A DNA stretch of 64,000 nucleotides from Marsupella aquatica (lineage: Eukaryota > Plantae > Marchantiophyta): positions 8,844,183-8,908,182 of the forward strand of contig OZ316892.1 in NCBI GenBank assembly GCA_973895155.1, in the 5' to 3' direction. The notes under the pieces are model-generated. The model was given only the letters and a program-made list of their open reading frames with translations. It ran no database searches and was not told the origin of the DNA. Positions 13,665 to 27,850 of the stretch are shown one piece after another. The translations under genes were made by a program, and so were the position numbers. Position 1 is the stretch's first letter. Each line of letters begins with the position of its first letter.

Positions 13665-14443
13665 GGTCTGAGCCATAAGACGTTGCTTGGGGCAGTGCTA
13701 TGACACACCCTAAGGGCACCTTCAGAAACTTGGACTTGCGGGCACCAAACCACCTCACAGAACTCCCCTATGGCTGGGGTGGTTGGGTCAGCTGGTGGAA
13801 GTGCTCTTACTAGACTGAAAACAAACTCACACCCGGTGAAGGACAGTAAAATCTAAGAGTCTGCAAGGAATTACGTGACACGGAAGGGCCGATAGACATG
13901 ATTTGGCACTACGGACGCAATAGGTATGATGCCGTGAAGGATACTAGTTTTGGGTACACGTCGCTCGCTGTTCCTACATTTCCCAAAGACTTTCTTAGCC
14001 TACGTCTGAACTCAGTCTTTCATTGGGAAGTTCATAAGAGGTTTAAAAACAATGTTGGGACTAAGATCCCCAACTGATGGCAAACTGGCAATGGTGGGCA
14101 CCAGGAGAGACTTTTGAGATAGAATCTCGTAAAGATCAATAATTGAAGTTTCAACTTGAGACAAACAGCAGGAGCACAATAGCGAGAACGAAGCAATACG
14201 GTGACGGTGCATCTTTCGTTAAAACGATAGAGTGGAAGGTGATTCCCAATGAATTTGTGTGGAAGATAAATTTTCTCTCCTTTTATTGTCTCTTCGACAT
14301 TTTGGTTTAAGAACCGCAGGAGAAAGAGGGAATGCCAATTAGTTGGATCCCTCAAAATTCGAGATTAAAAATAGGCATTCAAAGTACCAGAAAGCTTGCA
14401 CAAGCCCAAAAATCTGGTACATGGGAAGGCAGAAACAAGGTCT

Positions 14444-15995
14444 CTACTCGTATAACCATTTATCTGTCTCCTTCTTGTAGGTGAAGAGTTCCTCTGGCTT
14501 GAACCAAAGGTTGATCTCAGCCACTGCCGTCTCTGGTCCATCACTCCCGTGAATGATGTTTCTGGATCAAGTCAACCAAAACACATCGGCGTCACACTTG
14601 AAACACAAACAGTCAATGCCACAAGGAATAGGATATAACAGGATTGGGAGGGTTGTGGAAGTAGAACTGAAACACATCCTGATTGAGAATGGCAGACAAT
14701 CTTGAAATCAAATGTACCTTCCCACAGAGACAGCATAATCTCCTCGGATAGTTCCAGGCTCAGATGCTAGGGGGTCAGTAGCTCCGATGAATTTACGTCC
14801 ATACTTGATAACACCTTGGCCTTCCCAAACCTACAACAGGTGATGAGACTGCAGTTATTATTAGGATGGAATAAGAGCTCTAACTGCGATGCAATCAGTC
14901 ACAATCTGACTAAAGACCATAATCTGATCTTCACGATAATTAGCTGACAACATTGCAGACTGACATGCTTCTATTTCAATTATTGGTGTCTTGCTTCAGG
15001 CATCCAACCAAATGTTGGCATAAACTTGCGAATTACTAAAAGATTAATTGAAAGTCATTAGTGATCTTTAATTCCAATTGAATACAGCCAGACAGCGTAG
15101 GACCTAATGCGGACGTCACTCTAAGCAGAGCCAAATCTGTAAGCAGTGAGAAGGAAAGTATAAAAAACATTAGATATCACTCACCATGGCAATAACGGGG
15201 CCAGAGCTGAGAAAGTCTGTCAGCCCATTGAAAAACGGACGTGCCTTCAGGTCATCGTAGTGCTTCTCTGCAAACTCCTTGGTGGGATGCACTAGCTTGA
15301 TCCCGACTAGCTTGTACCCTTTCTTTTCAAATCGTCCAATGATATCGGCAATCTGTAAGAACCCAAATCCATTAATTTACGAATCTGATTTCAATCGAGA
15401 CACCCGTCGGACAGAGAAACAGGAGGAAAATTTTCTATTTCGATGGAGGATTATTACCAGGCTCCGTTGAACACCATCAGGCTTGATTGCAATAAATGTG
15501 CGCTCAAGCTGCACAACAACGAAGAATCGACATCAGAAAATTATCCTTCTACACTTTCCAGAAAATTGAGCTCTCAATTTCCAAAGAAAATTATGTCCAA
15601 CGATGTCGACGCAAAGAATGGACAAAGGCAGATGGCTGGTTACCTCAGCCGCCTCAAGTTGCTGGTCCTGAACAGCCCAAACTGCGGATGACACACAAAT
15701 ACCAGTCAGACGTTTCTCCTGCGGTCAATCTTCCATCTTGTCTGAGGAGAATAGAGGACACAGCGCATGATACACACTGATTTAGTGTCACTAACTGACT
15801 CTTTGCATTGGGACACAGAATTTTGAATCTGCTACGCAAAATTTTAAAATGTGAGCGTACCGGCGGCGGGCAGAAAGGCAGATGCAGCAAACAGGTTTCC
15901 GTAGCTCTGGTTGGCTCCAGCTTTGCCCGATGAGAGCACTGCAGGAACTGCTTTGCTGTACCGTGTGGCTGCCGCTGACAGGATTGCTCTTCCAT
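14444..15995 (-). CDS. NDPK3: Nucleoside diphosphate kinase, organellar NDPK3/4 type; first exon lies upstream and is unresolved
   Basis: Exons 15995-15861, 15681-15644, 15508-15458, 15352-15185, 14830-14718, 14561-14444 give ..[66 protein letters not shown]. Catalytic His motif NIIHGSD is present. Confidence 0.95.
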
Positions 15996-18900
15996 CTGCG
16001 TTCCACCGGAGTACAATGCATTGAAGGTTAGGATAGTCCTATCCTGATCGGGAGCGTCAGGTAACTGATACCACATAAATCCACATGGCTTACAATTAAA
16101 GCTCTGGAATACGAGAAAATGCAAAACTTCCTATACGTAAATCTCTGAAAAACATCTCCCTCTGTCTATTCGTGTCGGATCTTCCATCTTTCTTTGAATC
16201 CATATTAAAATTGTTGACAAGGGACTCTGATTCGGAATGGCTCTGATGAGAAGCACCAACGCATTATTACAGAGCCACCAACACTGTTTCGTCTCTCTAC
16301 GGTAATAACCACATTTTCTCCCCACGAGTGCAATTACTGAGAGGTAATGTCAGAGAGAGAAGTAGGCTACAGTGAGAAAGATCCACCAACTCACATAACT
16401 CAACCCGCATAGGTGAGCTCCAAAGTACACGAGCTCAGGATGGACAATGTACTGACGATGGTAAACCAGCATGAAGCTTTCCGAGCTGGTGAGAAAGGAG
16501 CTGATTCATCTACATTACCATAAAGTGATCAATATGATGTCATAAAGGACTCATTACCAAATACTTGAAGATGGTAAGTGACGTGGATTTCGAAGCTTCA
16601 AGATTTTCAGATCCTGTAGGATTGGCGCAAATGAGACTGGAGACAGGTCCGGGTGGCATACTTTTACAGCAAGCTATTGTTACCATCGAATTCCATCTTT
16701 GAAGGGCACTGGTGGCGCCGACGACACTAAAGTCAATAGATATGGAATAAAGGACAAATCTTGACCGTCCAGAAGTAGAGAAAGGTATTCATATCTTAGG
16801 AGACGAAATCTGCGCTATGCTGCCAGTCATCGATAACAGGCATGGTATGGAACCACTTCGAGCCCGATCTAGCGCTTGAATATTTGCTATACCAAGTTCT
16901 AACTATGTCCTCCACCGAGTTGGTGGTTCAGCTAAAGGTGTAGGAAATTTCGTATGCATCAATGGCGACGACTGCAAGGACATGGTCCGGTGGCTGCGGT
17001 TTCTGCTGGCGGAGATAACGACCTGAGATACTAGCTGCAAAACATCGTCTGATGTGGAACAATAGTCGAATGCTCTACTCCAGGGTGATGTTCGAATCGA
17101 TCACACGGTGGTAAGCGTTCCTCCTGCTACGTCTAATGCCAGAACGGCAGAGATAGAGCCTCCCCATTAACACAATCTAGAAACAGTTGATCAAGATTGA
17201 CCTCCGCCGGAGAGAGACGAGAGACGCCAAGCAAGCGGGTACACAGCTGGTAGAGAAGGTCGGTCAGCTTCATCATTCTCTCCGATCATCATGTCCGCAC
17301 TACCACAAACCAGAGGTCTGAACTAGAATACTAAAGGAAGTTGAGGAGATAGGAGGATTCGGCGACCCGAAATGGAGGGATCGATCTGACCTCCTTCGTC
17401 ACGATACATTGTTACTCCTACTGATTAGTTGGTCCGCCAGAATCCTTGCGGAGACTATCCAGAGAGCCGCCGAACGATCTCGACATTTCTCTCGACAACA
17501 TCATTCTGATCATGCCAAACAGAGCCAGGACTCCAACACAAGGGAGATCTCACTAATTGGGAGGAGAAACCAGAAATGAGCAATCGAAGAAGCGATGAGG
17601 AAGATATCTGACCTCCGGAGAGAGACGAAGATGATCGGGAAGCGGTGGCCCTGATGGCCTGGATCACAGAGGATGCCACTCGCGACCTCATTGTTCCTCC
17701 TATCCTGTTCGATGGCCTAACACAAAGCTTCACCGTAGAATGGCGTCAAATGTCTGCACCGCCGAGAGTAAACACAGTCCAAACAGGCAATCAATCTGAC
17801 GAACAAAGAAACCAATCAATTCGAATTGACCGAAGAAGCAGAATCAACAGCAATCCTCACTGTCTCTCGAAGTCAGATCTCTCCTTCTCACGCCCTTTAT
17901 GAGCTACTCACTCGCAGTGCGCTGTTTCTCATAATGTGATTCCGTGACAAATTTCAAGGCACAACAAAGATCGGAAATCTCCATCTATCCTCCCGATTTC
18001 CGATCTTCAACGCACACCACGCATCTAGTACCACTACACATCCCGAAAGCAATATTGTACCCGTAACTACACAGACCTGTGCACGACTTCAGCAAGCTTG
18101 AAACCAGACGAGCATTGCCAGAGCTTTGGACAGCGAGTGCGGAGAGGCGAGAGCTCACTCACCTTACACGGAGCTCCTCCTCTTCCTCCTGTCTCGAGAG
18201 CAAAATCGACCGACTGACGAATAATGATGCGCAGCAACCACTGCAAAGCTTGCCGGTGGGATGGCCGATGACCGTCCGAGCAGACGACGAGTCTTTCGCG
18301 ATTTCTGTCGCGATTGCATTGGGCGAAGGCTTTGGTGTGCCGGCGGCCTCTCGCCGAAAGAAAGACCCCCTCAGTCGCGATTTCTGCGCCATTCGTTTTC
18401 GTCATTCGTTTTCAAGCACAGTGACGAGTGACGTCATCGACCCCAAGGTCGCTATGCCGACTACGTCAATGTCGCCATGTCCCCAACTCACAGGCTTTTA
18501 ATAATATAATATAATCTCGTGTCGCAGACTCCCTAGAGACACCCCAAAGTTGCATTTATTCACTTTATGCACTATGTCATAAGTGCACGGGCATCATTTA
18601 TGCATCTCTCCATATGTGCATGTTGCACTTTACAATAAGTGTATGCGAAAGTAATTATGCACTGCTGCAAGTGTCTGGTTAGGTCATATGCATTGGACTC
18701 CTTGTACCCGGAATCCTCATACTGCATGATTTAACTTGATAAGTGCATGAAATTATGATGTGTAGTTGTTGATTGCACTTATCAACAACTGCTTGTAACA
18801 TATGTGTTGCAGTAATTGATTGATGCATGTGCATTCTCATAGACAGAAATGCACTTATGTATTTGTTGTTTAGTGATGTCGACCTGCACTTACAGATGGT

Positions 18901-19543
18901 GCATTTTTGGGTTGACTCGTTTACAAAGAAAAATGTGGTAATATTAGGGGACTACATGACCGACCTGTAGCTACCCACAGAATGCACTTGTAAACACTGC
19001 ACTTATCCGCGGTAGACTGTACCAGACCCGTGACCAATAGAGGGGGTTGGTCACAAAGTCTAAACAAAGTTATATGATTATCATCTTTCTTACAAGCCTG
19101 AGTTCTTTTTCCAATCATTCTCAGATAGCCAAGAGTTACCTCAAATTGAGGGGGGCTTTACAAGTCGGTGGGGGGACACTCAGCATCTCTCCATCCAAAG
19201 CAAACTTGACGGCCAGTTTCATACACTAAAGTTAAAATGCCCGAGCCAAAATGTGTCCCGTTGCTTCAATCTTTTTGACCACCAAAAGAGGAGGTCTAAG
19301 TTCTTGACAATAAAAAACAAGTACACATCAGCAAAAAAGGGGCAAGATGACTGAGTTGTAATGGTTTTTCTTGATTGTGCTCCCAAGTTCTTGTGAAGTG
19401 AAGTGTGGCCTGTTCCCACAAAATGTCCAGGATTGCATCTCACACATCAAAAAGTATTGTGCCCCTGAGTTCTTGTAAAGCCCCTTGAGTTGAAGGGAGT
19501 GGTACATCATGCAAGAAGAAGAATCCCTCTGTGTCCAGGACTA

Positions 19544-20564
19544 CCGTCTTCCCCCAAACATAAGGCCCGGGCGCTATATTCGAATAGTGAGCCAAGGGGC
19601 GCTGTGTTTGAGTTTGAAGTCAATGTTTCCATTTTTTGGACTTGTGGCACTGTGTTTGAAATGTGGCGTTGTGTTCAAATTTAAGGTCATGTGCTTGAAT
19701 TTTGGCATTGTGAGATGCATGTAAACTATAAGTAGGAATGATATGCATAAAAGTGATGTGTATTAGAGAGGAGTGTGTTCAAATTTTGGTTTTTTGACTT
19801 CCCAACAATATTTGCTCATTCAAAGGATGTGTAGCTAAATAATTGAACCACTGAAATTACACAAGGGGAGAAATCAAATTTGCAATAGAAAACAAAACCT
19901 GACAAACCATACATACCAAGTGTACTATTATCACTTAGTAAAACATATTCGTCCACTTTCACAAATGTTTGGTTTACTATGGCCAATTTGCTCATTTCTA
20001 TAATTATTTAATCTTTCTTCATGCAGTGTGGAATGTTTGTGAGACTGCTTTGTAACTATTCGAGTGCCTTGATCTTGAAGGCAATGGAAAATTGAAAATA
20101 GAGAAAGTGAGTAGTCAGACCTAATTATGCACGTAGACACTATGGGTTTCTTTGCCAAGATGTCGTGGCATCAGTCAGAGGTTGATGTGAAAGTCTGTCA
20201 AAAGTTCACACAGTAGAAGAATATATCAATACTTCCGGATTGCTACTTAACATTTTGGAAACAGCGCACACTTCTCCGAGAATGAAGGATTTTGAAATTA
20301 GCTTACATTTCTCAAAGGATGATGGATTTCATAAGTTGAAAGAGCGGATGTGTTGGACGATTTTAAAGTAACGGATAGTAGTTGCAACCCGGTTACCTTT
20401 CTCCTATAGTCACTTGAATGTGCACATTTTTGAACACAAAGTCAATTTTTGAACACAGCGCCCGGGCGCTGTGTTAATATGGAGCTGTGTTTGAGTGAAA
20501 ACGTCTTTTTTGCCTAAAGTCCCTGTTTTGACCATATTCGGGCGTTGTGTTCGGGGGAAGACAG
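19544..20564 (+). mobile_element. Non-autonomous pogo/Tc1-mariner element, ~1.0 kb
   Basis: TIRs ccgtcttcccccaaaca / tgttcgggggaagacag, with TA on both sides (19542-43, 20565-66). Internal remnant FSKDDGFHKLKERMCWTILK*RIVVATRLP resembles the CENP-B/pogo HTH. Confidence 0.8.
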
Positions 20565-21311
20565 TAGTCAGTCCCTTGCATCACCTTGTTTGTCAACTCA
20601 CTCTCCAACTTACAACGTGTTTGTGGTTCACCAGGCTTTGGGCCAAAGCTAATTATAGTGTGAAGTGACACCAGGGTGAACTCACCCTTGGAAAATAGCA
20701 AAAGCTTCACCCCACCTTAGTGTCCTTTCTATCTGTTACTTGTTAAGAAAATCTGATACTAACAACTCCACAAGCACTGTAATAATTGTACTCACGACCA
20801 TGTAAACAATTAGCAGGAAAGGATGCCCTCATGGATTACTTTCTCAAAGGTACTATACCCAACTGTCCATGACTAACTAATACTTGGTTGCAGGACTTTG
20901 ACTACCAGCTTGGAATAATATAGTGAAGTTTGAACACAATTTGTATTAGAGTTGCATCTCCATTTGAACCATTAATGGAAACTCGGGTTCCTCGTGATTT
21001 CCTACCCTCGAAAGGGTTATTACCTTTCTTTTATTGCATAAGATCTGGAACCTAGAAGTTACAATTTGAACACCAGATTTATCAGTTCCCAACTGGTAGT
21101 TTTGACCAGGAGGATATAACTCCAGGCTAGACCCAAATGATGTAGACATGGACTTTTTTGTCCTCCCTCATGAACATTTGTGGAGGGCTTTGGGCTAAGA
21201 GTTCATTTGTGCAAAGGCAAATCAAGGACAAAGTGATTGTTGCGGAGAATGGTGTGCCATTATGTAGCACATGAAATCCTTATGTATTCCCCTTGGTACT
21301 GGGCAAAGAAG

Positions 21312-21484
21312 TGGATTTTGTGCTGATGAGGCCTGCAGTGTTAGCTCCTCTCTCTCCAAAGGACCTAGAGAGATGCTTGGGATTTGACATTTGATCATGG
21401 ATTTGGTGCTGATGAGGCCTGAAGTGTTAGCTCTTCTCTCTCCAAAGGACCTAGAGAGATGCTTGGGATTTGACATTTGATCAC
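21312..21484. repeat. Direct duplication, ~87 bp x2
   Basis: tggatttkgtgctgatgaggcctg..tctccaaaggacctagagagatgcttgggatttgacatttgatca occurs twice. Confidence 0.85.
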
Positions 21485-21899
21485 AAGCATATAATTTATC
21501 CCCCTACAGTTTGGGGTTGAGTAATTGGGAATGTTACATGTATAAGTACTCTTGCCAATGCCTTGAACTTAGTTACAAACCTGGTTGTGTTAAGAAGAAG
21601 AGCAGTTACAGTACTTTTGCTCTACAATGCCGGGCGAAATTTTAGTCTCAAGGGTCATTTGCTTACAAAAAAGATTCCTTGAGACTCGTACTCAACTTAC
21701 TACAAGATACCTTACCTGTTTAGTGCCATTCACACAACTTACTACAAGATGAGTGATTACCTACTTAGTGCCATTCACAGGACTTGGATTAATACTGGAC
21801 ATAGCTTTTAAAGGGCAGGTATGGGTTAAGGTCCCATGCAGGGCAGCTTGATTCTCAATGTCTGATTTGAATGACCCATTAGATTGAGAAACAAGAATT

Positions 21900-22480
21900 G
21901 AGAACGCTTGGTCACGAATGGCAGAAGTTCTACTTTGGAGCAACATGAGCTCACCAATGACAAGCCACCTATCCCATAATATAGTGTTCATGGGTGGGCT
22001 TCGGCGGGCCATACAAAACCACCATTCCAGAAATCAGTCCTCCTTTGTAACATTGCTTGTACTCCATATCAGTCCTTCTATGCATAGAGAGTTCGGAATA
22101 TGGATGAAAGATATATTAATCAAAAACAATAGCACAGGTGCAATGTCTCGAGCACCACCTTCTAATGTTTTATTAAAACACCTTGCAAATGGAAAAGCCA
22201 CTTCCTTTCCATACATCAATGGTGAGACAGCATTTGTGCTTTCCCTTAGGGGATTGTTGGAGCAATGCCCATAACCATCTTCCATCTGACAACCTTGGTA
22301 GACATTGCTTCCAAAACGCTCTATCATATAAAAAAGAGCATTTGGCTGCAATATACGATCGAGCCAACCTCCTCGTGCAACCAACCATCTTCCATGATGT
22401 GATCGAGCATCTTGGCCTTACAGTGGCTGCAAAGCAACATCCAGGGATCAGGGATGGTCGTGGACATTCCACGAGTGGTG
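21900..22480 (-). pseudogene. Probable LINE ORF2 C-terminal (zf-RVT-like) remnant
   Basis: WLDRILQPNALF..G..GYGHCSNNPLRES..LIWSTSN resembles the LINE WRIL..C..C..ES..IW..RN region; frames are broken. Confidence 0.4.
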
Positions 22481-23078
22481 CCGTTGTGCTTGAGGCCTCC
22501 TGACTTGCTTAAACATCGTAGTTTTCGACCTTATATTCTACTTTGGTAACTTCTTTTCAGGATGCTGGTATAGAAACAGATTTAGGGTCCACACCTCGCA
22601 ATCCCTGTCCACACCTCGCGATCTCAATAATCCACAGACGTCACTGTGATGGGCCCATGAGTGTCATCTGGAAGGTGAGGCTATCCTGCTTTCTTCCCTA
22701 CTGTTTGAGCAACTTGGCTTGCCAGAGATCATCTGCATAAAAACAATGTACACCTCATTATCCAGCGAATACACTATTGTGATCTGCATTGCCATGCTCA
22801 AAAAAACAAATGTTAATACATCGGTACATATTAGATATCCTGAGACGAAGAAAGTGAGATGTCGTACGATGTCTCTAATCCAGAATTTCAGAAAGCTTAT
22901 AGAACCATGCATCTGCTTGAACTCGAAATTGTGTTAGCACCAAGAGCCAGCAATGCTCATAACACAAGATTACAAACGTCCCTGACTTACCAGTTGTAGC
23001 AATAAGTGCGTATACTTTACTCCAACTTCAGTTCTGCATTCTCGTTCACAGCAGCATATGATTTATTTCTTGTCTTCC

Positions 23079-26000
23079 TCAACTGGACAAGTTCCGGTTG
23101 ATTGCAACCAGTGGTAGAAAAGCCTGGCACAGACGATCAATAGACTTTAACAGAAATCATTGTGAACTCACTTAGAATAGCAACTTGACTTCATGTGCTA
23201 GTTTCTTGCATGGTGATATGTCACTGAAAGAGGCAAGAAGTTGACAATTACTTACCACGTTTTGTGAGATTGGGAACAAGGTACCTGCTAGATATTCATT
23301 TAATTTTCTTCCTCTTCTTTTTCACGCCTTGCTTCACCAAGTAAGAAGCCCATACAGGATCAGCAGGAGGTGGGGCCCCAATCCAATGTTGAGGAATGCG
23401 ACTGAGGAAACAGTCAGGAAAGACAAGGAGGTGAAAAGGTCTTAGTTAGCATACGAGTACCAGAGCTCGTAGTCAATCCAACAATGGTCGGTTTCCGTAA
23501 TAGTCTGTAGTTAGTTCTCTCCCAGCTTCTTACTCGAAGATTCTAAAAAATGACTGTCCGAAATTCATCCAAGTATGCTTCTCAAGATGTTTACTGACCT
23601 GCCACCTGGCATGATGAAAGCATCCCACGCTTGCCTAACCTGTATAGACAAGACAGCTTCATTGTCAGAAGCAATCAACAGGACATGACTCACACTTAAA
23701 ACCCGTAGACTACAGATAACTCACACCAACATCCTTGTGCCCAAAACAACTGAATTAATAGATCCGCAGAGAACGCAGCGTATAAAAGAAACAAAATGCA
23801 ATTCTGGTTTCCACGATCTAGAAGAGCAGATTTAAACCGCGCAAACTACTCCAATATGAACGGTTCAAAATTGGCAATCTGCCTTTTCACTGATCGCTTC
23901 GGATGTACCTCAATAAGAGTCCCCATGTCAAAACTGCTGCCGAAGTAATACTGATAGAATTCAGCAGGTAGACTATCATATCCTTTTGGCAATTCACTGT
24001 GCATCTCCTTTGATAGTGCTTCTGGTTTCCCTTCATGAATATTTGATGAGCCAATCTTCAGATCTTCACTACTAAGCTGGGAGGTATTTTGACTATCAGG
24101 CTCCTCCAAATTGTTTGCAGATGAAGGGACTTCGAGTTCTCCTCTCTCTTGACGCTCAGCACGATCAGACTCTGTGCCAAACCCAGCGGCAGTTTTTCTT
24201 GCTTCCTCTGCTACTTTTCTTGCTTCCTCTGACTTGAGGATGGCAGCAGCAGCAGCACTGGTATTTCTGGCAGCAGCTGCTTGTCGTTCTTCCTCTTCCA
24301 CGGCAGCCCGAACTCTTTCAATAAACTGATCGTCCTCCTCAGGAAAGAAGCGTCCTGTAAAACGAAGAGGAGACTTTTCACCGTATTCTGTATTCTGCAT
24401 TGTTGAAATGGTCGGTGGACAGGCATCGAAGTGAACCCTAAACTCACCGATAACACAATCTAATACCTGTTGACCGAGGGCGGATGGGATGTTCACGGTT
24501 TAGCCATATCACATCTGTTCAAGAGCTTCTATGGTCTAACCTGATGAGCTGAAAGAAGTTTCGGTACCTTGTTTTTTCAGCTTGATTATGCGCAGGGCTC
24601 GCAGCTCCTGAAGCTTCTCAATAATTAAAACCATCTCCGTCTGTAAGAAGAAAAAGGGAAATCAAAGATTTTCAGTTCAAAAGGAGACATTAATGCCACA
24701 TCATTAACCAAAGGAATATGTTTGCTGGCGGTGACTGGATCTAATCTCATACCGAGCCCAACATCTACTGGATGAGCAATTGCGTTTCGGGGCTTACCTC
24801 CTCCTGTCGTCTGGCCTTATCCTCCTTAGATGCTTTCTCGGCCAGTGCCTTCATCTTGTCCATCTGCAAATAGGAAACAAAATTCTCTTGGTAATTCAAA
24901 ATAATAATTAAGGAGACGAATTATGATCCGGCATTCCAGGTTATGACAGATTCATCGCTACAACGACAGAAACAAGCACACCACCAAATGGCACCGACCA
25001 TGAGAACAATCTCATAGCAGAGGGACAAAAGCTCATTTTGATGAGAGAGGTGTGGCAGTTTGAGCCAGCTCACCTTCCGCTTGGCTATGCCTTTCGCAAT
25101 CTCCTTTGCTCTCCATTCATCGGCTTCACGATCGGCTATGTCAAATTGCTCTCTTTCCTACAAGCACAGACGCGATGGATAAAAAAGCAATCCTGTGGAT
25201 GGATTTACCACTATATTTGCTCCCAAAATTCAGACTTGTATGTTGGGCACGTCAAGAAAATGACAAGAACATCCATTTGTCTACTCTCTTTCGTGAATTT
25301 TGACATTGCTGTACCACATTAAAAACTACAGCACCTTTCGTAAGGCCTCTGCCACGCTTTGCCTCTTTCGACTTCTCCATTTCCTGTTCCGGGTCAGCTT
25401 GAGTCGCTTGTTAGCAAGTTTCTTGGCCGCTAGAACTTTTTCAAGCCTTGCACTTCCATCCAGTACTCCCTGAAGGGGCTCCAGTTGAAATTTGACAACT
25501 CTCAGAAGTTGTTGGGCAGCCTGAGCAGCCAAAGATGTGGATTCCGGCCAGTAATTGACATTTTCTTGTAGTGTTTTGAGCAGAATCTTATTCGTTGGTG
25601 AGGGAAAGACCGAGTCCGGGCCCTGGCTACGACCGTCATCGGATGTCTGCTGAGGAGCTGGAATCTCATTGACTGGGACATCGGACAATTCTGGACCACG
25701 CCCAGATTTGTCTAGTGCCTGTATTGTCTCCAACTCGTCCCCTCTGAAAGCGCAATCGAAAGCACAGATGTCATTCTCCCTTAGTACTGTACATGATAAA
25801 AGTATCCTAATTCTAAACTATAAACCCAAAACCCTGACGCTTGAAGGCAACAATACACATTGACAAAGATAAAGCTCACTCGCAGTGCTCTGTAAGCCCC
25901 TCATGTGACAGCAACAAAAGGTTGGACGTCTGAGAAACTATACAGGACCTGAATTAGGTCAAACTTGATCACCTTGAGAATTGCAAAACTATTAGAACGA

Positions 26001-26222
26001 GGAGAAAACTAGCTGCAAGAAGACGATGAGTGGGGCAAGACGCACCACTTACATGGATTTCAAAACTGCCACATTCTCCAGAAGGCTGGCAAGGTGCGCT
26101 TGCAGCTTCGTTCTCTGCCAAAACGGATCCGGGGAAGGGCGATTGGGAAAGTATGATGATTGTGGAGGTGGTGAAGGGAGTACATTGGGACGCGGTCCCG
26201 CCGGATAATGAGGGTGGTACAT
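23079..26222 (-). CDS. SNRNP59: U11/U12 snRNP 59 kDa protein (PDCD7 homologue), at least 8 exons; last exon uncertain
   Basis: Exons 26222-26053, 25743-25335, 25157-25074 and others give FWQRTKL..RNRKWRSRKRQSVAE..EREQFDIADREADEWRAKEIAK..EKLQELRALRIIKLKKQGRFFPEEDDQFIERVRAAVEEEERQ..LPAEFYQYYFGSSFDMGTLIEVRQAWDAFIMPGGSRIPQHW..DPVWASYL, diagnostic of plant 59K. Confidence 0.92.
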
Positions 26223-27520
26223 CACAGCGAAATGGTGAGAGGGACATAAACCCTGCAAGCCTCTCTCCAATCGTGTCAACACTTGCTCGAGACTGACGAC
26301 ATCTTCATCAGTTTTCTAATAAATTGATTGAAACCCAAACACTGATTCGACGACAAGAGGTGCGTCGAGAACTCGGGTACTGGCGTCACATTTGGCTAAC
26401 TTCTTCATGGACAAACACATTTCAGAAAATCGGAATTCGTCACCCGTTTATGGACTGCATTGCAATCCTCCGTCTCCTGCAATTGTTGTACCCGTCTCCT
26501 GCAATTATTCATTCTACCGAGATGAAACTTGCATCTTGGTGGCTACATCCTCCCTGCTTTGCGTCACTTCGCTATGCCACCATAACCCCTCTTTGTGCGT
26601 CTTCCGTTACACTTTCATTTCTTTACTTCTCTGGACCTGTATTGTTGTTCCTCCTTGTACTTCGTTGAGCCCTTTTTTTTCGGTAAATTGGTCATTTTCG
26701 CTCTTTCATTTGAGGTTATGGCCATAGCCCTCTAGCCAGCCTGGCCCCGGATTTAAATCTTATCATAGTGCACAGACCAGCCATAAGATTTCCTGATTTA
26801 AAATCTCTATACTAGTGGCACAGACAGAGGGTGCTATTTCTCTCAAACATATTTTTGGAACACTCACGAGGAGGGGTTACTTATATCACAGTGCCCAAGG
26901 GGAAAAAAATATGAAACTGGAGACATGATACCAAAACCTAATGCAACCTAATGAAGGGGAGGAAAAGAGGGGAAAGGGCCCCAGGAAAAACAAGCCAAAG
27001 GGTCCCAACCAAAAGCAAACAAAGGAACAAGGACCAAAAAGTAACCAACAAAGGAGTGTGAAGGCTAACACCCAGTCTAATGCCCTACTCAGATTCTCAA
27101 TCTCTTTAGTCACAAGATTCCCAATCTCTATGGTTGTGGTGGTACAGACAGGGATCTCTTAATTCTCCAAAACATAATTTCTGGAACTCACAAGGAAGAT
27201 TTACTTTCATAACCCATGGGCTGTTTGGGGTTATGGTTAAGGACCTGGCGTATCCCTTCATGTAAAGTAGACTGTATATATGGCATATACAGTCGACTGT
27301 ACATAGGGTCGACCTGTGGAGCTGGGGAGTCCGCATATTGAGAAGGCTCTTTATCCCATTAAAGGGATTTCCTTAGATCCTTAGCTGATAGTGAAGGTTG
27401 TCAAGGAGTGATATCCATAGGCAGAATTGACTCTACAATGTAAGGTTCATTTTTAATGAGATGTAGTATATGGGAAAAGGGGTATGTGTTAACTTTTGAA
27501 TAATCTAAAACGTCAATGTA

Positions 27521-27850
27521 ACCAACTGGCTTTGGTCAGTTGGCCAGAGGATGAGCCTAGAACTGAGAGGTCCCAGGTTCAATCCTCCCTCCACGCATAA
27601 GGGGTGTGGAGGGTATGTGTGTGTGTGTGTGTGTGTCGGCGAGGTGTAGTGGTGGGAGTATTGATTATCTCTTCAGCCTTGGTTGCCCACTTTGGGTTCT
27701 GGTTTAATCCTCTCTCCCTCCTGGTCTGGGTCCTTGTCGGATCCTTGGGCATTGTCCCCTTCTGGCTACCCTACATAGAAATGCATGCTCCAAAGCAGGA
27801 TGTCTATCCTCTATTGGATGGACCAGCTTTCGATTTTCAAGGCCAAAAAA
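27521..27850 (+). mobile_element. tRNA-derived SINE, copy 1
   Basis: A-box-like tggtcagttgg and B-box ggttcaatcc head, GT-rich linker, body shared with 37373-37717, A-rich tail. Confidence 0.7.

Noticed and set aside
17907-17920. 14-mer ctcactcgcagtgc shared with 25875-25888
   Set aside because: A few 14-mer matches are expected by chance in 64 kb; no extended alignment or snoRNA boxes.
18159-18392. Candidate first exon of NDPK3
   Set aside because: It has a good donor site, but a phase-consistent link to the exon at 15995 could not be established.
25800-25812. U12-type 5' splice-site-like gtatcct in the 59K intron (USSE-like autoregulation)
   Set aside because: Single copy and on the antisense strand relative to the gene.
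27521-27595. Functional tRNA gene
   Set aside because: No clean acceptor stem or Pol III terminator; it continues into a repeated body, so SINE is the better call.
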